In this document: positions 18,863 through 29,029 of the stretch, one piece after another | Layout: each line of letters begins with the position of its first letter | How positions within the stretch are numbered: position 1 is the first letter of the stretch | IMG/VR virus record: IMGVR_UViG_3300028833_000112 | Location: 30,212 to 94,211 of that record | Strand: one strand, 5' to 3' | DNA: 64,000 nt | Source: a virus | Lineage: Duplodnaviria; Caudoviricetes | Notes under the pieces: model-generated | What the model was told of the DNA's origin: nothing | Seen by the model: the letters and a program-made list of their open reading frames with translations, nothing else | Database searches by the model: none | Program-made: the position numbers and the translations under genes

Positions 18863-19537
18863 ATGAGAAATAATTTTCTGACCATCCCCGGCACCAACTA
18901 CGAAATCAATTCCGAGCTCATCTGTCGCAACAAAAAGACCGGCTACGTGCTCAAGAAGCAGTTGGATAAAAACAAATCGTTCTACTACAGCTTGCGGCGG
19001 CTCGACCAGACTTTATTTTGCCGTTCGCCAAAATTTCTTCGTCGAATCGCTAAAGCCGCTGCCGAGAAGTCAACTTTCGAACCGATTTACTCACTCGATT
19101 GTAAGTACGAAATTAACAAGCAGGGTGTCGTGCGGAATGTCGCGACCAAATTCGTCCTTAAAACAAAAGCAAACGGTAAATGCGTCTCGATTCAGCTGAG
19201 TGCTCATAAATATATCAGCCGCGCCATCGCCGACCTGCTCTGGGAGGCTCACGGCAAAATTATCAAGCGACGTTTCAGACCCTGCCCGTGTTCAGCCGAG
19301 AGCAAAAGTGGGAAAAAATTTTTTGACAATCTGGCTCAGTGCGCACGCTTTTTGTCCCCGAAAGTTTTCTTGGCGGTTAGCACAATAAAAAATTATTTAT
19401 GCTGCCGCAACTCGACTGTCGGCGGATGGAAGATTACTTACCTCAAGGCCACACCCGCCAGCCCACAGCTTGAAGCCCACGGGTTGAATTGCGAGGCTCG
19501 CCGTATGAAAAAATTGGATAAGGAGTTGGGTTTATGA
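18863..19537 (+). CDS. NUMOD4-like repeat DNA-binding protein
   Basis: Two YEIN-x-x-[GL]-x-x-RN repeats; no recognisable HNH motif. Confidence 0.5.
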   Translation: MRNNFLTIPGTNYEINSELICRNKKTGYVLKKQLDKNKSFYYSLRRLDQTLFCRSPKFLRRIAKAAAEKSTFEPIYSLDCKYEINKQGVVRNVATKFVLKTKANGKCVSIQLSAHKYISRAIADLLWEAHGKIIKRRFRPCPCSAESKSGKKFFDNLAQCARFLSPKVFLAVSTIKNYLCCRNSTVGGWKITYLKATPASPQLEAHGLNCEARRMKKLDKELGL

Positions 19538-19947
19538 TTTGTCCGCACTGCAAAAAATCTTTCGAGCAGACCGAAGCGCGTGAAATTTTCTGCTCCGAGT
19601 GCAACGAAGAAATTTATCGGCAGTTGCGAGCCAAACGCCTCAAGCACAAACTCCCGCCTGATGGTTACAGTCAATTCGTCGCTAAAAAATTCGTCGGCTT
19701 TGATTGGGTGGAGGGCAACAGATTATATTATAACAACGGCAACGACGCCTTCTATCTGTCGTTTTGGATAATCAAAAATCCCCCTCGGCGCGGGCGGCTC
19801 ATCGGCGAGGCTTGGGTTGACCCCGACCACATTTATCAATTCTGTCTAAGCGACCCGCCGTCTGAAGAAAATCACTACAACACTCGCGCTGCATTCAAAG
19901 ATTTTTTGGAAGATAAAATTTTTCGCGTTAAGGAGTGGTGACTCTTA

Positions 19948-19982
19948 GAAAAAAATAACCGCCCGAAGGCGGTCTGAATTTA
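19948..19982. terminator. Terminator between convergent operons
   Basis: ACCGCC-CGAA-GGCGGT hairpin flanked by an A-tract. Confidence 0.7.
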
Positions 19983-20759
19983 ATCTTCCGCAATACCGAG
20001 CTGAAGAAATTTTCCACTCAGCTGTTTGGTGAACTTGTAACCGTCTGAACGAATTGTGCGCGAGTTTTGCAGGTCGTCGACAATCGTTTCGCCGAGACCC
20101 AACCCGCCATAAACGACGTCGGGGTCAGTGGTGTCCGAGAAGGTTTGAATCAGCAAATCATAAACCAACAGCGAGCCGGCGAAGATGTTAGGGTCTTGAA
20201 TTGTTGTCCGCAGCGTTGCGCCCGTGACTCCATCGCCGACCGTCGCCACTATCAATTCCATTTGCCCGCCTTCAGCCATGGGATAAGTGATGGTGTTGCC
20301 ACGCTGTGAGCCAGTGCCCATCGCCGCAGTTCCGTATACACCGAACGCATTTGCGAGCCGTGTCATCCGCGATTCAAAATCAGATTTGAATTCGGAAATT
20401 GTCAGGCGTCGAGCGGCACGTTCGGCTTCACGGGCGGCGCGTTGCTCCTCCAAGGCTTGTTGTTCGGCTTGGCGCGCGACGAGCGTTTCTTCCAAGTGGC
20501 GTTTGCTCTCCTCGGACTTGCGGCGACTCTCTTCGAGTTCGGCATCGCGCTTGGCGTTCAGCTCTGCGGGCGTCAGTTTTACTACTTCAGGTTGCTCGGC
20601 TTTCTGCTTGGTTTGACGCTCGTGAATTTCTTTTTGGACTTGAGCCATTTCACGGTCAGCTTCGTGTTTCCGCTCAACAGATACCAATAATGACGCGAGT
20701 GCCACAACGACCACAGTAATTGTTATAGCAATTGTAATTCGTTGTTCTTTTTGACTCAT
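19980..20759 (-). CDS. Membrane-anchored protein (lysogenic cargo candidate)
   Basis: N-terminal TM helix ITIAITITVVVVALASLLV, then a coiled coil and a globular C-terminus. Confidence 0.7.
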   Translation of the reverse strand: MSQKEQRITIAITITVVVVALASLLVSVERKHEADREMAQVQKEIHERQTKQKAEQPEVVKLTPAELNAKRDAELEESRRKSEESKRHLEETLVARQAEQQALEEQRAAREAERAARRLTISEFKSDFESRMTRLANAFGVYGTAAMGTGSQRGNTITYPMAEGGQMELIVATVGDGVTGATLRTTIQDPNIFAGSLLVYDLLIQTFSDTTDPDVVYGGLGLGETIVDDLQNSRTIRSDGYKFTKQLSGKFLQLGIAED

Positions 20760-20772
20760 GTGGTCACCGCCT

Positions 20773-21420
20773 TCACGCCGTCGCTGCAGGCTGAGGAAGA
20801 GGCGCGGTTGGTGTTCTTGAATCCTTCCACGCTTCCAAAACCTTAAGCAAATTTGTCGTCTCACGGTCAAACGTCTGCGGGCGCGGCTCGTCACTCAATC
20901 CCAACAGATAATCGGTCGTGACGTTATATTCTTTTGCGAGCTTAAGAATTGACCTTACAGGCGGAGCCGCCTTCCCATACTCATAATACTGATATGCTTG
21001 GCTTGTAATACCGAGTAATGACGCAACATCTTTCTGCTGCAATTTAAAATCGCGCCGAAATCTTTTCAATGCTTCTCCTACAGTTAATTTCCCGGTCGTT
21101 TTGATAAACGCTACAAAATGCGGCTTATGACTTCGAACTTTAGGGGAGCAACTTTCGCCGCCATCGGATTGATTATAACCGTTGGGCACTTTGCATTTGA
21201 GGACTTTAATCCAGAAACGCTCACGCTCTTTGGTTAGTTCAGGCGTCGCGCACTCTTCGACGACTTCAATCGTGAAGTTTTCGAGCCCGCATTTGCGCAT
21301 GGCGTCACCGAGTGGCGTTTTGGCTGCGGCGTGCTGAAGAAATCTCTTTTCAAGCGGTTGCCGTGTCTGCCCGATGTACGGTTTGCCGTTGAGCCGATTC
21401 GTGATTTTGTAAATGACCAT
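20773..21420 (-). CDS. GIY-YIG endonuclease fused to an XRE HTH
   Basis: VIYKITNRLNGKPYIGQT...RE-x-FWI...NGYNQSDGG, then LKRFRRDFKLQQKDVASLLGI. Confidence 0.85.
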   Translation of the reverse strand: MVIYKITNRLNGKPYIGQTRQPLEKRFLQHAAAKTPLGDAMRKCGLENFTIEVVEECATPELTKERERFWIKVLKCKVPNGYNQSDGGESCSPKVRSHKPHFVAFIKTTGKLTVGEALKRFRRDFKLQQKDVASLLGITSQAYQYYEYGKAAPPVRSILKLAKEYNVTTDYLLGLSDEPRPQTFDRETTNLLKVLEAWKDSRTPTAPLPQPAATA

Positions 21421-21745
21421 ATGTGCTTCCTCCGAGAATGCGGTCAACTTTTCCAAGGACTTGCCACAACGCGTCACGGCAATCAATCATTTCCCCAGTC
21501 CACGAAGGGTCGGTGGTTCTGGGGCGCGGCTCATCGCTTAAACCCAACAAATAATCAGCAGAGACATTGAATTCGTTTGCCAAATTTATAACAAGAGTAA
21601 CCGACGGTGACATCTGGTCTTTCTCGTACTTAATATACATTTGTGGAGCCAGCCCGACTGCCGCAGCTACCTTGTTTTGCTTAAGCTTGAATGCCTCACG
21701 GAACCGTCTCAGATATTTCCCAATATATTTTCTTTCAGTTGCCAT
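21350..21745 (-). CDS. XRE HTH regulator
   Basis: LRRFREAFKLKQNKVAAAVGL...VSADYLLGLSDEPRP. Confidence 0.85.
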   Translation of the reverse strand: MATERKYIGKYLRRFREAFKLKQNKVAAAVGLAPQMYIKYEKDQMSPSVTLVINLANEFNVSADYLLGLSDEPRPRTTDPSWTGEMIDCRDALWQVLGKVDRILGGSTYGHLQNHESAQRQTVHRADTATA

Positions 21746-21786
21746 TTAAAACACCTCCCTGTTTTCGCCAGTATACCACCAAACCA

Positions 21787-21862
21787 AAAGGTTTACAAGC
21801 AAAAAATTTTTTTCGCGAAAAGGGTTACAAAGGGTTGACAAGTTAAGAGAAAAGTGTATAAT
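21787..21862 (+). promoter_or_regulatory. Consensus sigma70 promoter with upstream direct repeats
   Basis: TTGACA 21835-21840 and TATAAT 21857-21862; three AAAGG(G/T)TT(G)ACAA repeats overlapping or preceding the -35. Confidence 0.8.
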
Positions 21863-21951
21863 GTCGGCAGAAGTTAAGGAAAACGCAAACACAAAGAACC
21901 CCACCGAAGGGGCGAAGGAAACCAAAAGAGATTCTGAGAGGAGAAACTAAA

Positions 21952-24873
21952 ATGAAAAACGCAACCACCAAAGCAGCGAAGGTCTTCACGGAAGAGCAAT
22001 TCCAGAACGGCGCAACCTTCACCATGACTGCGAAAGAAGCTATCGAGGCTATCGAGGCAACCGCCAACGACACCTTCAACTACGACTGGACAATCAACGC
22101 CATGTACACCGATAACGACGGCGAACTGCAGATTGGCACCGAGCGCATTTTCGAACGCAACGACCAGAGCTTCAAAGGCGATTGGGTCAGCTACAAATTC
22201 GTCGAAGTGTGCGACGCCGACGGCAACCTCGTGGAAGTTAAAGTTATCCGCGGTATCAACGCCCGCACCTACATCACCATCAACATCGTTGCCGAGACCG
22301 AAGAGAACGTCGAAGTCGAAGAGACCACGACGGAGCAGGTCGCCGAAGTCAACACGATGAACGCGGTCGAAAAACTCGCCGAAATCAAAGCTGAGCAAGA
22401 CAAAATCAACGACGCGCAAGTTTACTACTACACGACCAACCGCGGCAACGTCTACACCGCAAGATACGGCGAGACCGGAAGCACACCGCGCGGCAAATGG
22501 TACACCTGCCACGAGATTGCAGGCTTGAGCGAACAGAACGTTATCAGCCTCGCAACCGAAACCGAGAGCGGCGAATTCGTCAACATGCTCTGCAAATTCA
22601 TCGCCACCGAAACCGACGGCTCCGAAGAGAACGCCGACACCAACGAAGTGTTCAGCCTTCTGCCCACGCTCGACGAAGTCGACGAAGACGACGACACCGA
22701 CGAACCCGAAATCCTCGACGCGGACAAATGGGTGAACCTCTACTTCTCGCCCGCACACGAGAAAAACGGCTCGACTTACGTGAAAATCGGCGACAACAAA
22801 CTCAGCTTCAGCCGGCACGGACTTTATTCAATCACGGACGAACGTCACGGATTTGAGCTCAAGTTCAGCAACGGCAAGAAACTTTTCTACACCACGGGGT
22901 TCCACACCGGCATAATGAATAGCTACCGCCACGTCATCAGCGCGAAGAAAGTTATTGAAACCTACATGAACCACGAACTCGCCGCCGAACAGGAGAAAAA
23001 CTTCCGTAACTTCTTCCTCACCGACGCCCGCAAAAACTCCACGGGTTTCTACAACGTCGTGACCACTGTGACCTTCGCGGACGACGTCGACCACAATTAC
23101 GGCGTGAACTTCGATAAATTCTCCGACGCCCAAGCCTTTGTCGAGGAAGTTAAAAATTTTGTCGGTAACGTCCCCGCCTACATTACTATCCGCAGCCACC
23201 AAAATATTTACTACCACCGCACGCAGGACGGCTCCGAAACCTACAACGTCGACCCCGAACAGCTCAAATTGATTGACGAGTACGCGGTCAGCAAATCGGC
23301 TTTCAACGTCGCGGTCGAGGCCGAGGAAAAAGCGGCGGCAACCGTCGAATCGGAACCGACAGGCAAAATGAAATGGGCGGCTGAACTCCTCGACGACTAC
23401 ACTTACGAATTTGAGGGCGACTGGGAAGCAGGTAACGGCGGACTCGCGCGTCACTACAAACACTTCAACCGCGACGGCGAACACTGCGGCAAGGTCGTCG
23501 AAGTCTTCACTGACAAAACCAGCTTTATCCTCGACCACGTGAACATCGTCGACAAAAGTATCCGCACCTACTACTACATCAACGGCGAGAAGCTCAGCTA
23601 CCTGAACGGCGAATTCAACTTCATCTGGAGTGACAAGTACAAAGCGGGCGTGAGCGTGGTCGGCGGCAGACACCTGCAGGTTGAAGTCCCTGACGGTCAG
23701 TGGAAGAAATACAAAAACTTCATGGTCGACGACGACGAATTCTTCCAAATCTTGAGTGAGCGCGGTGCCTGCTCCTTCGAGACCGAACCGCCCGAAATTC
23801 CCGCGACCGTTGCCCCTGTCGAAACTAACCTGACCGACAAGTACCAAGCGGCTCTCGAAGGAGTCTACGTCGAAGATGAGGCCGGTGACTTCGTGCCCGC
23901 CGCAGGTATGACCAACGTCGCTACAGACAACCTTATGGTCTACCGCAAAGGCGACAGCGGATTCATGGAGGAAGACCCCGATAAATATGTTGAACTCCTC
24001 GACATGGAGGAAGAATTGGAGGATGTCATGATGGACAAAAAAATCGCTGAGGGAAATCACAAGCTTGACGAAGCCGGACTTGATACTGAAGTGTTCAGTC
24101 TCCTCCCCACGCTCGAAGAAACCGACGAGGATGACGAAACCGACGAACCCGAAATCCTCAATGCTGACATCTGGGTTAATATCAACCACTCGCCCCAACA
24201 AGATTGCGCTTTCGTCACAGTCGGTACCGACGACCTTTACTTTGAAGGAGTCAAGCTTGTTAGCATTCTGAACGACGCGTACGACTTTCGCCTTAAATTC
24301 ACGCCCTTCGGCAGAAAACAATTCAGCTACAGAGGCGAAATCATCAGCGCAAAGAAAGTTGCCGATATCTACATGAGTCAATTGGCGGCAAAGGAAGCTG
24401 CCGGTGAACTCAAGCTGCCACTCGTTGACTCCTTCACCGTCAAGCGCGACAGGCTGATTGCCGAACGTGACGCCGCCAATGCAAAACTCAAGAGAGCTGA
24501 GGAAGCTCTCAAAGCCGCGAAACTCGCCGCCTTTAACGCCGACGACGCTGCCATGAACTTCATGGAAGACGCGGTCGACGAATTGAGAGAACGAATTGAC
24601 CTGCCCGATGAAGTCCTTGAAGTCAAAACCATGGAGGGTAACCTTGCTTATGTCAATGCCGAAAGCGTCTACGTGAACTTCGACGACACCAAGTTCACTC
24701 TCCGCGGCGATTGCTCCGAACTCAACGGATTGACCCTCGGCACCTACGACACGCCCAAACAGGTTATGACCGCTGTCGAAAAATTCAAGGCGGCTATCGA
24801 GCGCGGCGATAAAAGATTTGACTTCAATCAAAAACCCGACGCGCAAAACTTCAACCAAGCACTCGTCGCGTAA
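21952..24873 (+). CDS. Large acidic protein with an internal duplication, function unknown
   Basis: 973 aa, D/E-rich, strong codon bias; EVFSLLPTL...EPEIL...ISAKKV block present twice. Confidence 0.85.
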   Translation: MKNATTKAAKVFTEEQFQNGATFTMTAKEAIEAIEATANDTFNYDWTINAMYTDNDGELQIGTERIFERNDQSFKGDWVSYKFVEVCDADGNLVEVKVIRGINARTYITINIVAETEENVEVEETTTEQVAEVNTMNAVEKLAEIKAEQDKINDAQVYYYTTNRGNVYTARYGETGSTPRGKWYTCHEIAGLSEQNVISLATETESGEFVNMLCKFIATETDGSEENADTNEVFSLLPTLDEVDEDDDTDEPEILDADKWVNLYFSPAHEKNGSTYVKIGDNKLSFSRHGLYSITDERHGFELKFSNGKKLFYTTGFHTGIMNSYRHVISAKKVIETYMNHELAAEQEKNFRNFFLTDARKNSTGFYNVVTTVTFADDVDHNYGVNFDKFSDAQAFVEEVKNFVGNVPAYITIRSHQNIYYHRTQDGSETYNVDPEQLKLIDEYAVSKSAFNVAVEAEEKAAATVESEPTGKMKWAAELLDDYTYEFEGDWEAGNGGLARHYKHFNRDGEHCGKVVEVFTDKTSFILDHVNIVDKSIRTYYYINGEKLSYLNGEFNFIWSDKYKAGVSVVGGRHLQVEVPDGQWKKYKNFMVDDDEFFQILSERGACSFETEPPEIPATVAPVETNLTDKYQAALEGVYVEDEAGDFVPAAGMTNVATDNLMVYRKGDSGFMEEDPDKYVELLDMEEELEDVMMDKKIAEGNHKLDEAGLDTEVFSLLPTLEETDEDDETDEPEILNADIWVNINHSPQQDCAFVTVGTDDLYFEGVKLVSILNDAYDFRLKFTPFGRKQFSYRGEIISAKKVADIYMSQLAAKEAAGELKLPLVDSFTVKRDRLIAERDAANAKLKRAEEALKAAKLAAFNADDAAMNFMEDAVDELRERIDLPDEVLEVKTMEGNLAYVNAESVYVNFDDTKFTLRGDCSELNGLTLGTYDTPKQVMTAVEKFKAAIERGDKRFDFNQKPDAQNFNQALVA

Positions 24874-25179
24874 TAACCTTTGCCACGCGGGGTGAGTATA
24901 CTTGACTAAGCCGTTGACTCTCGCCCCGCTTTGAGCGAACATGACACCCGAAAGGAGGTGCCGCTAATGTTCGTTTGGTACGCTGACAGCGTTAAGAAGG
25001 AAGCCCGCGAGATTTACGCTCAGGTCAAAGTGCACGGCTGCAAAGCTTGCCCCCGCCGCGAGTGGTGCGAAAAGCGTTTCGAGGATTGCTACTTGAATAT
25101 TCTTCGCGAGCTTCAAACCCGTTACGACTACAAAGTTGACCTGCAACAAAATTACGGAATTTACTGAGGAGGTCAGACC

Positions 25180-25476
25180 ATGCAAATCAATTTCGACTAC
25201 CACGGCTCGACCAGCCATCTTGGTGCCGAGGAGGTCGACGGGCTTATCAAAGGACTCGCCGCTTGCCTGCCCGAACGCCGCTATGAATTCTTCAGCGTCA
25301 ATCGCGAATCGGTCGATGTCGCAGGCTCCTATGACGACGAAGACGGCTACGTTGATATCGCGACTGATATCGAGTGGACGCTCAGCAATTACGACGTTGA
25401 CTGGCAGGGCGGGCACGAGCCCGAAGACTCCGAGCCCGACTGGGACAGAATGCCCGGCGGTGTCGACTTCTACTAA
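25180..25476 (+). CDS. Small highly acidic protein
   Basis: GAGGAGG RBS; D/E-rich. Confidence 0.7.
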   Translation: MQINFDYHGSTSHLGAEEVDGLIKGLAACLPERRYEFFSVNRESVDVAGSYDDEDGYVDIATDIEWTLSNYDVDWQGGHEPEDSEPDWDRMPGGVDFY

Positions 25477-25607
25477 AAAAATTAACGCCGACCGAAGCCG
25501 ACGTGCTACAAAGAAACTATTCACATAAACCGCTTGAATTGTAACACGTCGGCGGATGACGCGCAAGGAAAATTTTCAAAGAGCTAGAATAATCCAAGCG
25601 AGTATGT

Positions 25608-25826
25608 TCACGGCAGACGCGCGGGGTTACTCGACCGCCCAACCAAATAATCAATCGACACATTGAAAAAATTGGAGAGAGACAGCAACACATCGTAAGC
25701 AGGTTTTCGGGAACGTCGCTCATATCCTTTGATACCCTCGATACTGAGTCCCGCACCTTCAGCCAATTGTTTGCGAGTCAAGCCGTGAGTCTGTCTCAAA
25801 GAGTAAATTCTATCAGCGTAATCCAC
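25608..25826 (-). CDS. XRE HTH regulator
   Basis: GTG start after GGAGG; RIYSLRQTHGLTRKQLAE...FFNVSIDYLVGRS. Confidence 0.8.
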   Translation of the reverse strand: MDYADRIYSLRQTHGLTRKQLAEGAGLSIEGIKGYERRSRKPAYDVLLSLSNFFNVSIDYLVGRSSNPARLP

Positions 25827-26062
25827 GGCAATCCCTCCTGAAAAGTTTTTGTTGACAGTTGCAAATGCGCCTGCTAATATACGCAAAGGTACAAACGCAC
25901 AAGCGGCTGGTTCAAACCACGTAACCTGAAGCGAGAAGTACGACGCTCCCGGTAAAAGGCAATAAACATTCAAGAATTACCAAAGGAGATAATTCTTGCT
26001 AAGTTGCGCAAAGTGTATCATGGATAACAATTTTTGTCAAAGAAAAATTTGGGAGGTCGACA

Positions 26063-26827
26063 ATGGACATTCAAATCTTTAAACACCCCGAATTCGGCGA
26101 CGTGCGTGTCGCCAACAAGGACGGCGAGCCGCTGTTCGTTGGCAAGGACGTGGCAATCGCGCTGGGCTACTCGAATCCGCGCGACGCGTTGGCAAAACAC
26201 GTGCCCGACAAATTCAAAAGGGTGTCGCAAATCGCGACCCCCGGCGGCAATCAGGATATGACGCTCATCACCGAGGCAGGCTTGTATAAGCTGGTCTTCG
26301 CGAGCAAGTTGCCCAAGGCGGTCGAGTTCTCGGATTGGACGTGCGAAAAAGTCATCCCGTCGATTCGCAAGCACGGCGTGTACATGACGGCGAAGACTGC
26401 CGAGGAGATTCTCTCCAATCCCGACTTTATTATCGAGTTGGCTCAGCAGGTCAAAGCGGCGCGCGCACAAATCGAGGTGCTCAATACTCAGGTCGCTGAA
26501 CTGCAGACGCGGGCAAGCTACTGCGACGTGGTGCTCCAATGTAAGGAACTGGTCACGACGTCCGTTATCGCCAAAGATTACGGCTACAGTGCCAAGGCGT
26601 TCAATAAACTCCTTCACGAACTGGAAGTCCAATTTAAGCAGAGCGATATCTGGTTGCTTTATCAGAAATACGCCGCGCAAGGCTGGTCGCAAACCAAAAC
26701 TCACGTCTACTACGATGATGAAGGCAAGCCGCACGGCAAACCCCACATGTATTGGACGCAAAAAGGGCGGCTCGGTCTCTACGAATTTCTCAAAGCCAAC
26801 GGCATTTTGCCGCTGATTGAACAGTAA
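26063..26827 (+). CDS. Antirepressor (Bro-N + KilAC/ANT)
   Basis: IFKHPEFGDVR...FVGKDVAIALGYSNPRDAL...VIPSIRKHGVY; TTSVIAKDYG...WTQKGR. Confidence 0.92.
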   Translation: MDIQIFKHPEFGDVRVANKDGEPLFVGKDVAIALGYSNPRDALAKHVPDKFKRVSQIATPGGNQDMTLITEAGLYKLVFASKLPKAVEFSDWTCEKVIPSIRKHGVYMTAKTAEEILSNPDFIIELAQQVKAARAQIEVLNTQVAELQTRASYCDVVLQCKELVTTSVIAKDYGYSAKAFNKLLHELEVQFKQSDIWLLYQKYAAQGWSQTKTHVYYDDEGKPHGKPHMYWTQKGRLGLYEFLKANGILPLIEQ

Positions 26828-26962
26828 AAAGTACTCCCAAAGTTTCATGTCAGCTCTCCTCTTTGAGGATAGCCCCTCTCTTCATAGCGGAGAGCTGAGA
26901 TGAGTCTTTGGACACAAGTTCAAAGCGTTCTTTCAAAATTGAATATGGAAGGAGGTGACGAA

Positions 26963-27742
26963 GTGAAAATCAGTTTGATTGACTATTTCAAAGCGTTTCA
27001 CCGTTACAGCAAAGAGCATGAGCTTTCGGCGAGTGCGCGAAGTCTGGGATTCAGCTTAATTGGCGAATTCAACGCGAGACTGTGGCCGAGGGAGTTGTGC
27101 TTTTCGGATAACGAGCTGGCGACTTTGTCAGGAGTCCGAACGAGAGAGACGATTCGCGACGCGAAAAATCTGCTCAAGGAATGCAAATGGATTAACTTCA
27201 GCCCCGGCAAAAATCGTAAGTCTGTCATCCAACTTTTACCCGACAACTTGGTAGACAACTTGGTAGACAACTTGGTAGACAACTTACCCGACAACTTACC
27301 CGACAACTTTGGGGCGGGCTCTATTAAACGCGCACGCGAAGACGCAAAAGACGTTAAGACAAATTTCATCCCCGTCACCGTCGCGGGCACGCGCGAAGAC
27401 TTGGATAAGGTGGAAGATTATTGGCGGGAGCTCGGCGGCGGTCGCTTGACGGTCGAGCACCTGTCGAAGCTTGAGGTTTGCCTTGACCGTCACGGATTTG
27501 ATTGGGTCATGGCAGTGATGAAGGAAGCCGCTGACTCCAACGGCAGCCGATTCGGTGCAAGTCCCAAATACCTGTTCGCGGTCATCGCGGGTAAAGAAAA
27601 AGGCGGTGAACGTCGTGAGCAACCAAAACGCAGCGAGCAAACTCAACAACCGTTCGTCGTGCCCGATAACCCCGTCTACGTCCCGCCTGCTCTCCGAAAC
27701 ATTTTCCCGGCAGGAATTATCGGGAACACGGGCACGGCTTGA
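26963..27742 (+). CDS. Replication initiator with a DnaD-like C-terminal domain
   Basis: N-terminal wHTH-like region, internal iterons, SPKYLFAVI; immediately upstream of a DnaC-like loader. Confidence 0.7.
   Translation: MKISLIDYFKAFHRYSKEHELSASARSLGFSLIGEFNARLWPRELCFSDNELATLSGVRTRETIRDAKNLLKECKWINFSPGKNRKSVIQLLPDNLVDNLVDNLVDNLPDNLPDNFGAGSIKRAREDAKDVKTNFIPVTVAGTREDLDKVEDYWRELGGGRLTVEHLSKLEVCLDRHGFDWVMAVMKEAADSNGSRFGASPKYLFAVIAGKEKGGERREQPKRSEQTQQPFVVPDNPVYVPPALRNIFPAGIIGNTGTA
27236..27309 (+). repeat. Six 12-bp iterons (probable replication origin)
   Basis: GACAACTT at 27242, 27254, 27266, 27278, 27290 and 27302, with GGTA/ACCC linkers. Confidence 0.85.
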
Positions 27743-28496
27743 GAAAACCTACGGCGCGCTCACTAACTCCGATATCGTCAAGATTCTCTCGGCGGAACGC
27801 GAGCTCAAGACTTGCGAGAAGTGCAAGGGCAAATGCCTGAAGACCAGCGACCGCTACTCGCAACCGAAGATTCGCACAGGTGACAATATCCACGTGGACT
27901 TCGCGCCGTGCAAGCACAGCATACCACAGAACGTTCCTTACGCCGGCAAAACACTTAATGATTATTGGTTCGCGAAGGAGAATGCGGCGGCGACTCAGAC
28001 CGTCCACTGGTACTTAACCGAGAAACCCCCTGACATGGGCATTTACCTCTACGGCGGCTTCGGGTCGGGCAAAACTCTTCTCGCGTCCATCGTCGCGCAA
28101 GAATTCATTCGAGCCGGCAAGCAAGTAATTTTCGGCGACGTGCCGAGTTTACTCAGCCGAATCAAGGCGACGTTCGATAAGGGCGGAGGCACGCAAGAGG
28201 TCGTTGACAGCTACAACAACTGCGACCTGCTCATACTCGACGATTTAGGCGCGGGGCAATCTACCGAGTGGTCGGTCAGCGTGCTCTATCAGATTATCAA
28301 CGCGCGCTATGCATCGGGCAGGCGATTGATTGTCACAAGTAATTTCGATTTGAACGGGCTGGAGCAGAGGCTGGTCGTTAAAGATAAGGCGGGGAAAGTT
28401 GTCGACGCCTTGACGGCAGGGCGAATCGTCAGCCGTTTAAGTGAAAAATGTGTCCAAGCATTCTTGGGCGCGAAAGACAGGAGGAGAGAAAAATGA
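27615..28496 (+). CDS. DnaC/IstB-like helicase loader ATPase
   Basis: CEKC zinc motif; GGFGSGKT Walker A; LLILDDLG Walker B; IVTSN; RIVSRL. Confidence 0.9.
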   Translation: MSNQNAASKLNNRSSCPITPSTSRLLSETFSRQELSGTRARLEKTYGALTNSDIVKILSAERELKTCEKCKGKCLKTSDRYSQPKIRTGDNIHVDFAPCKHSIPQNVPYAGKTLNDYWFAKENAAATQTVHWYLTEKPPDMGIYLYGGFGSGKTLLASIVAQEFIRAGKQVIFGDVPSLLSRIKATFDKGGGTQEVVDSYNNCDLLILDDLGAGQSTEWSVSVLYQIINARYASGRRLIVTSNFDLNGLEQRLVVKDKAGKVVDALTAGRIVSRLSEKCVQAFLGAKDRRREK

Positions 28497-29029
28497 AATT
28501 GGTAACACAGGACGGGCGCAAGCTTGAACTGAGCCGCGAACTTGACTTGTTCGTCAGCGGATTCTTGAAAGGCAACGGTCATGGCGCAACCGTCACGGTC
28601 ACAATGTTCACCAAGCCAATTCTGCGTAAAGGGTGCATTTTCCCCGACAAAGAAGTTGTTGAACGCTACGGGACGGTCGCCGAATATTCGACGAACACCG
28701 GCAGAGAAAACGCCGCCAAAGCACTCGAAAAAGCGTGGGCGGACGGCGCAACCGAATTCATCATGCCGCAGGACACGGGCGAAAAATCTTTGGCGGAGCA
28801 GTTCGAAGATTTTTGCGACGCTCACAGCTTGAGACTGGTCAGCATGAATGAATTGGGCTACTCGACTTACGACACCGCACGTAACTGGCGTTTGTGGAAG
28901 ACTACGGACGAATTTGAGCGGCGCGGGATTCTGGTCGCGGGTGAAGAGTTCGACAACTACGCGGGTTACTACATTGAATCACTCAGGAAGTGGCAGTCTC
29001 TGCAAGCGCGGGAGGCGAAGACGGCATGA
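28493..29029 (+). CDS. Hypothetical protein
   Basis: GGAGGAG RBS; ATGA overlap with the loader gene. Confidence 0.65.
   Translation: MKLVTQDGRKLELSRELDLFVSGFLKGNGHGATVTVTMFTKPILRKGCIFPDKEVVERYGTVAEYSTNTGRENAAKALEKAWADGATEFIMPQDTGEKSLAEQFEDFCDAHSLRLVSMNELGYSTYDTARNWRLWKTTDEFERRGILVAGEEFDNYAGYYIESLRKWQSLQAREAKTA

Noticed and set aside
22828-24942. 704-aa minus-strand ORF, and similar long antisense ORFs at 21874..22818, 55721..57121 and 14237..15079
   Set aside because: Shadows of strongly codon-biased plus-strand genes; no RBS or recognisable motifs
27236-27309. 12-bp repeats as a novel element
   Set aside because: Ordinary iterons within a phage initiator gene
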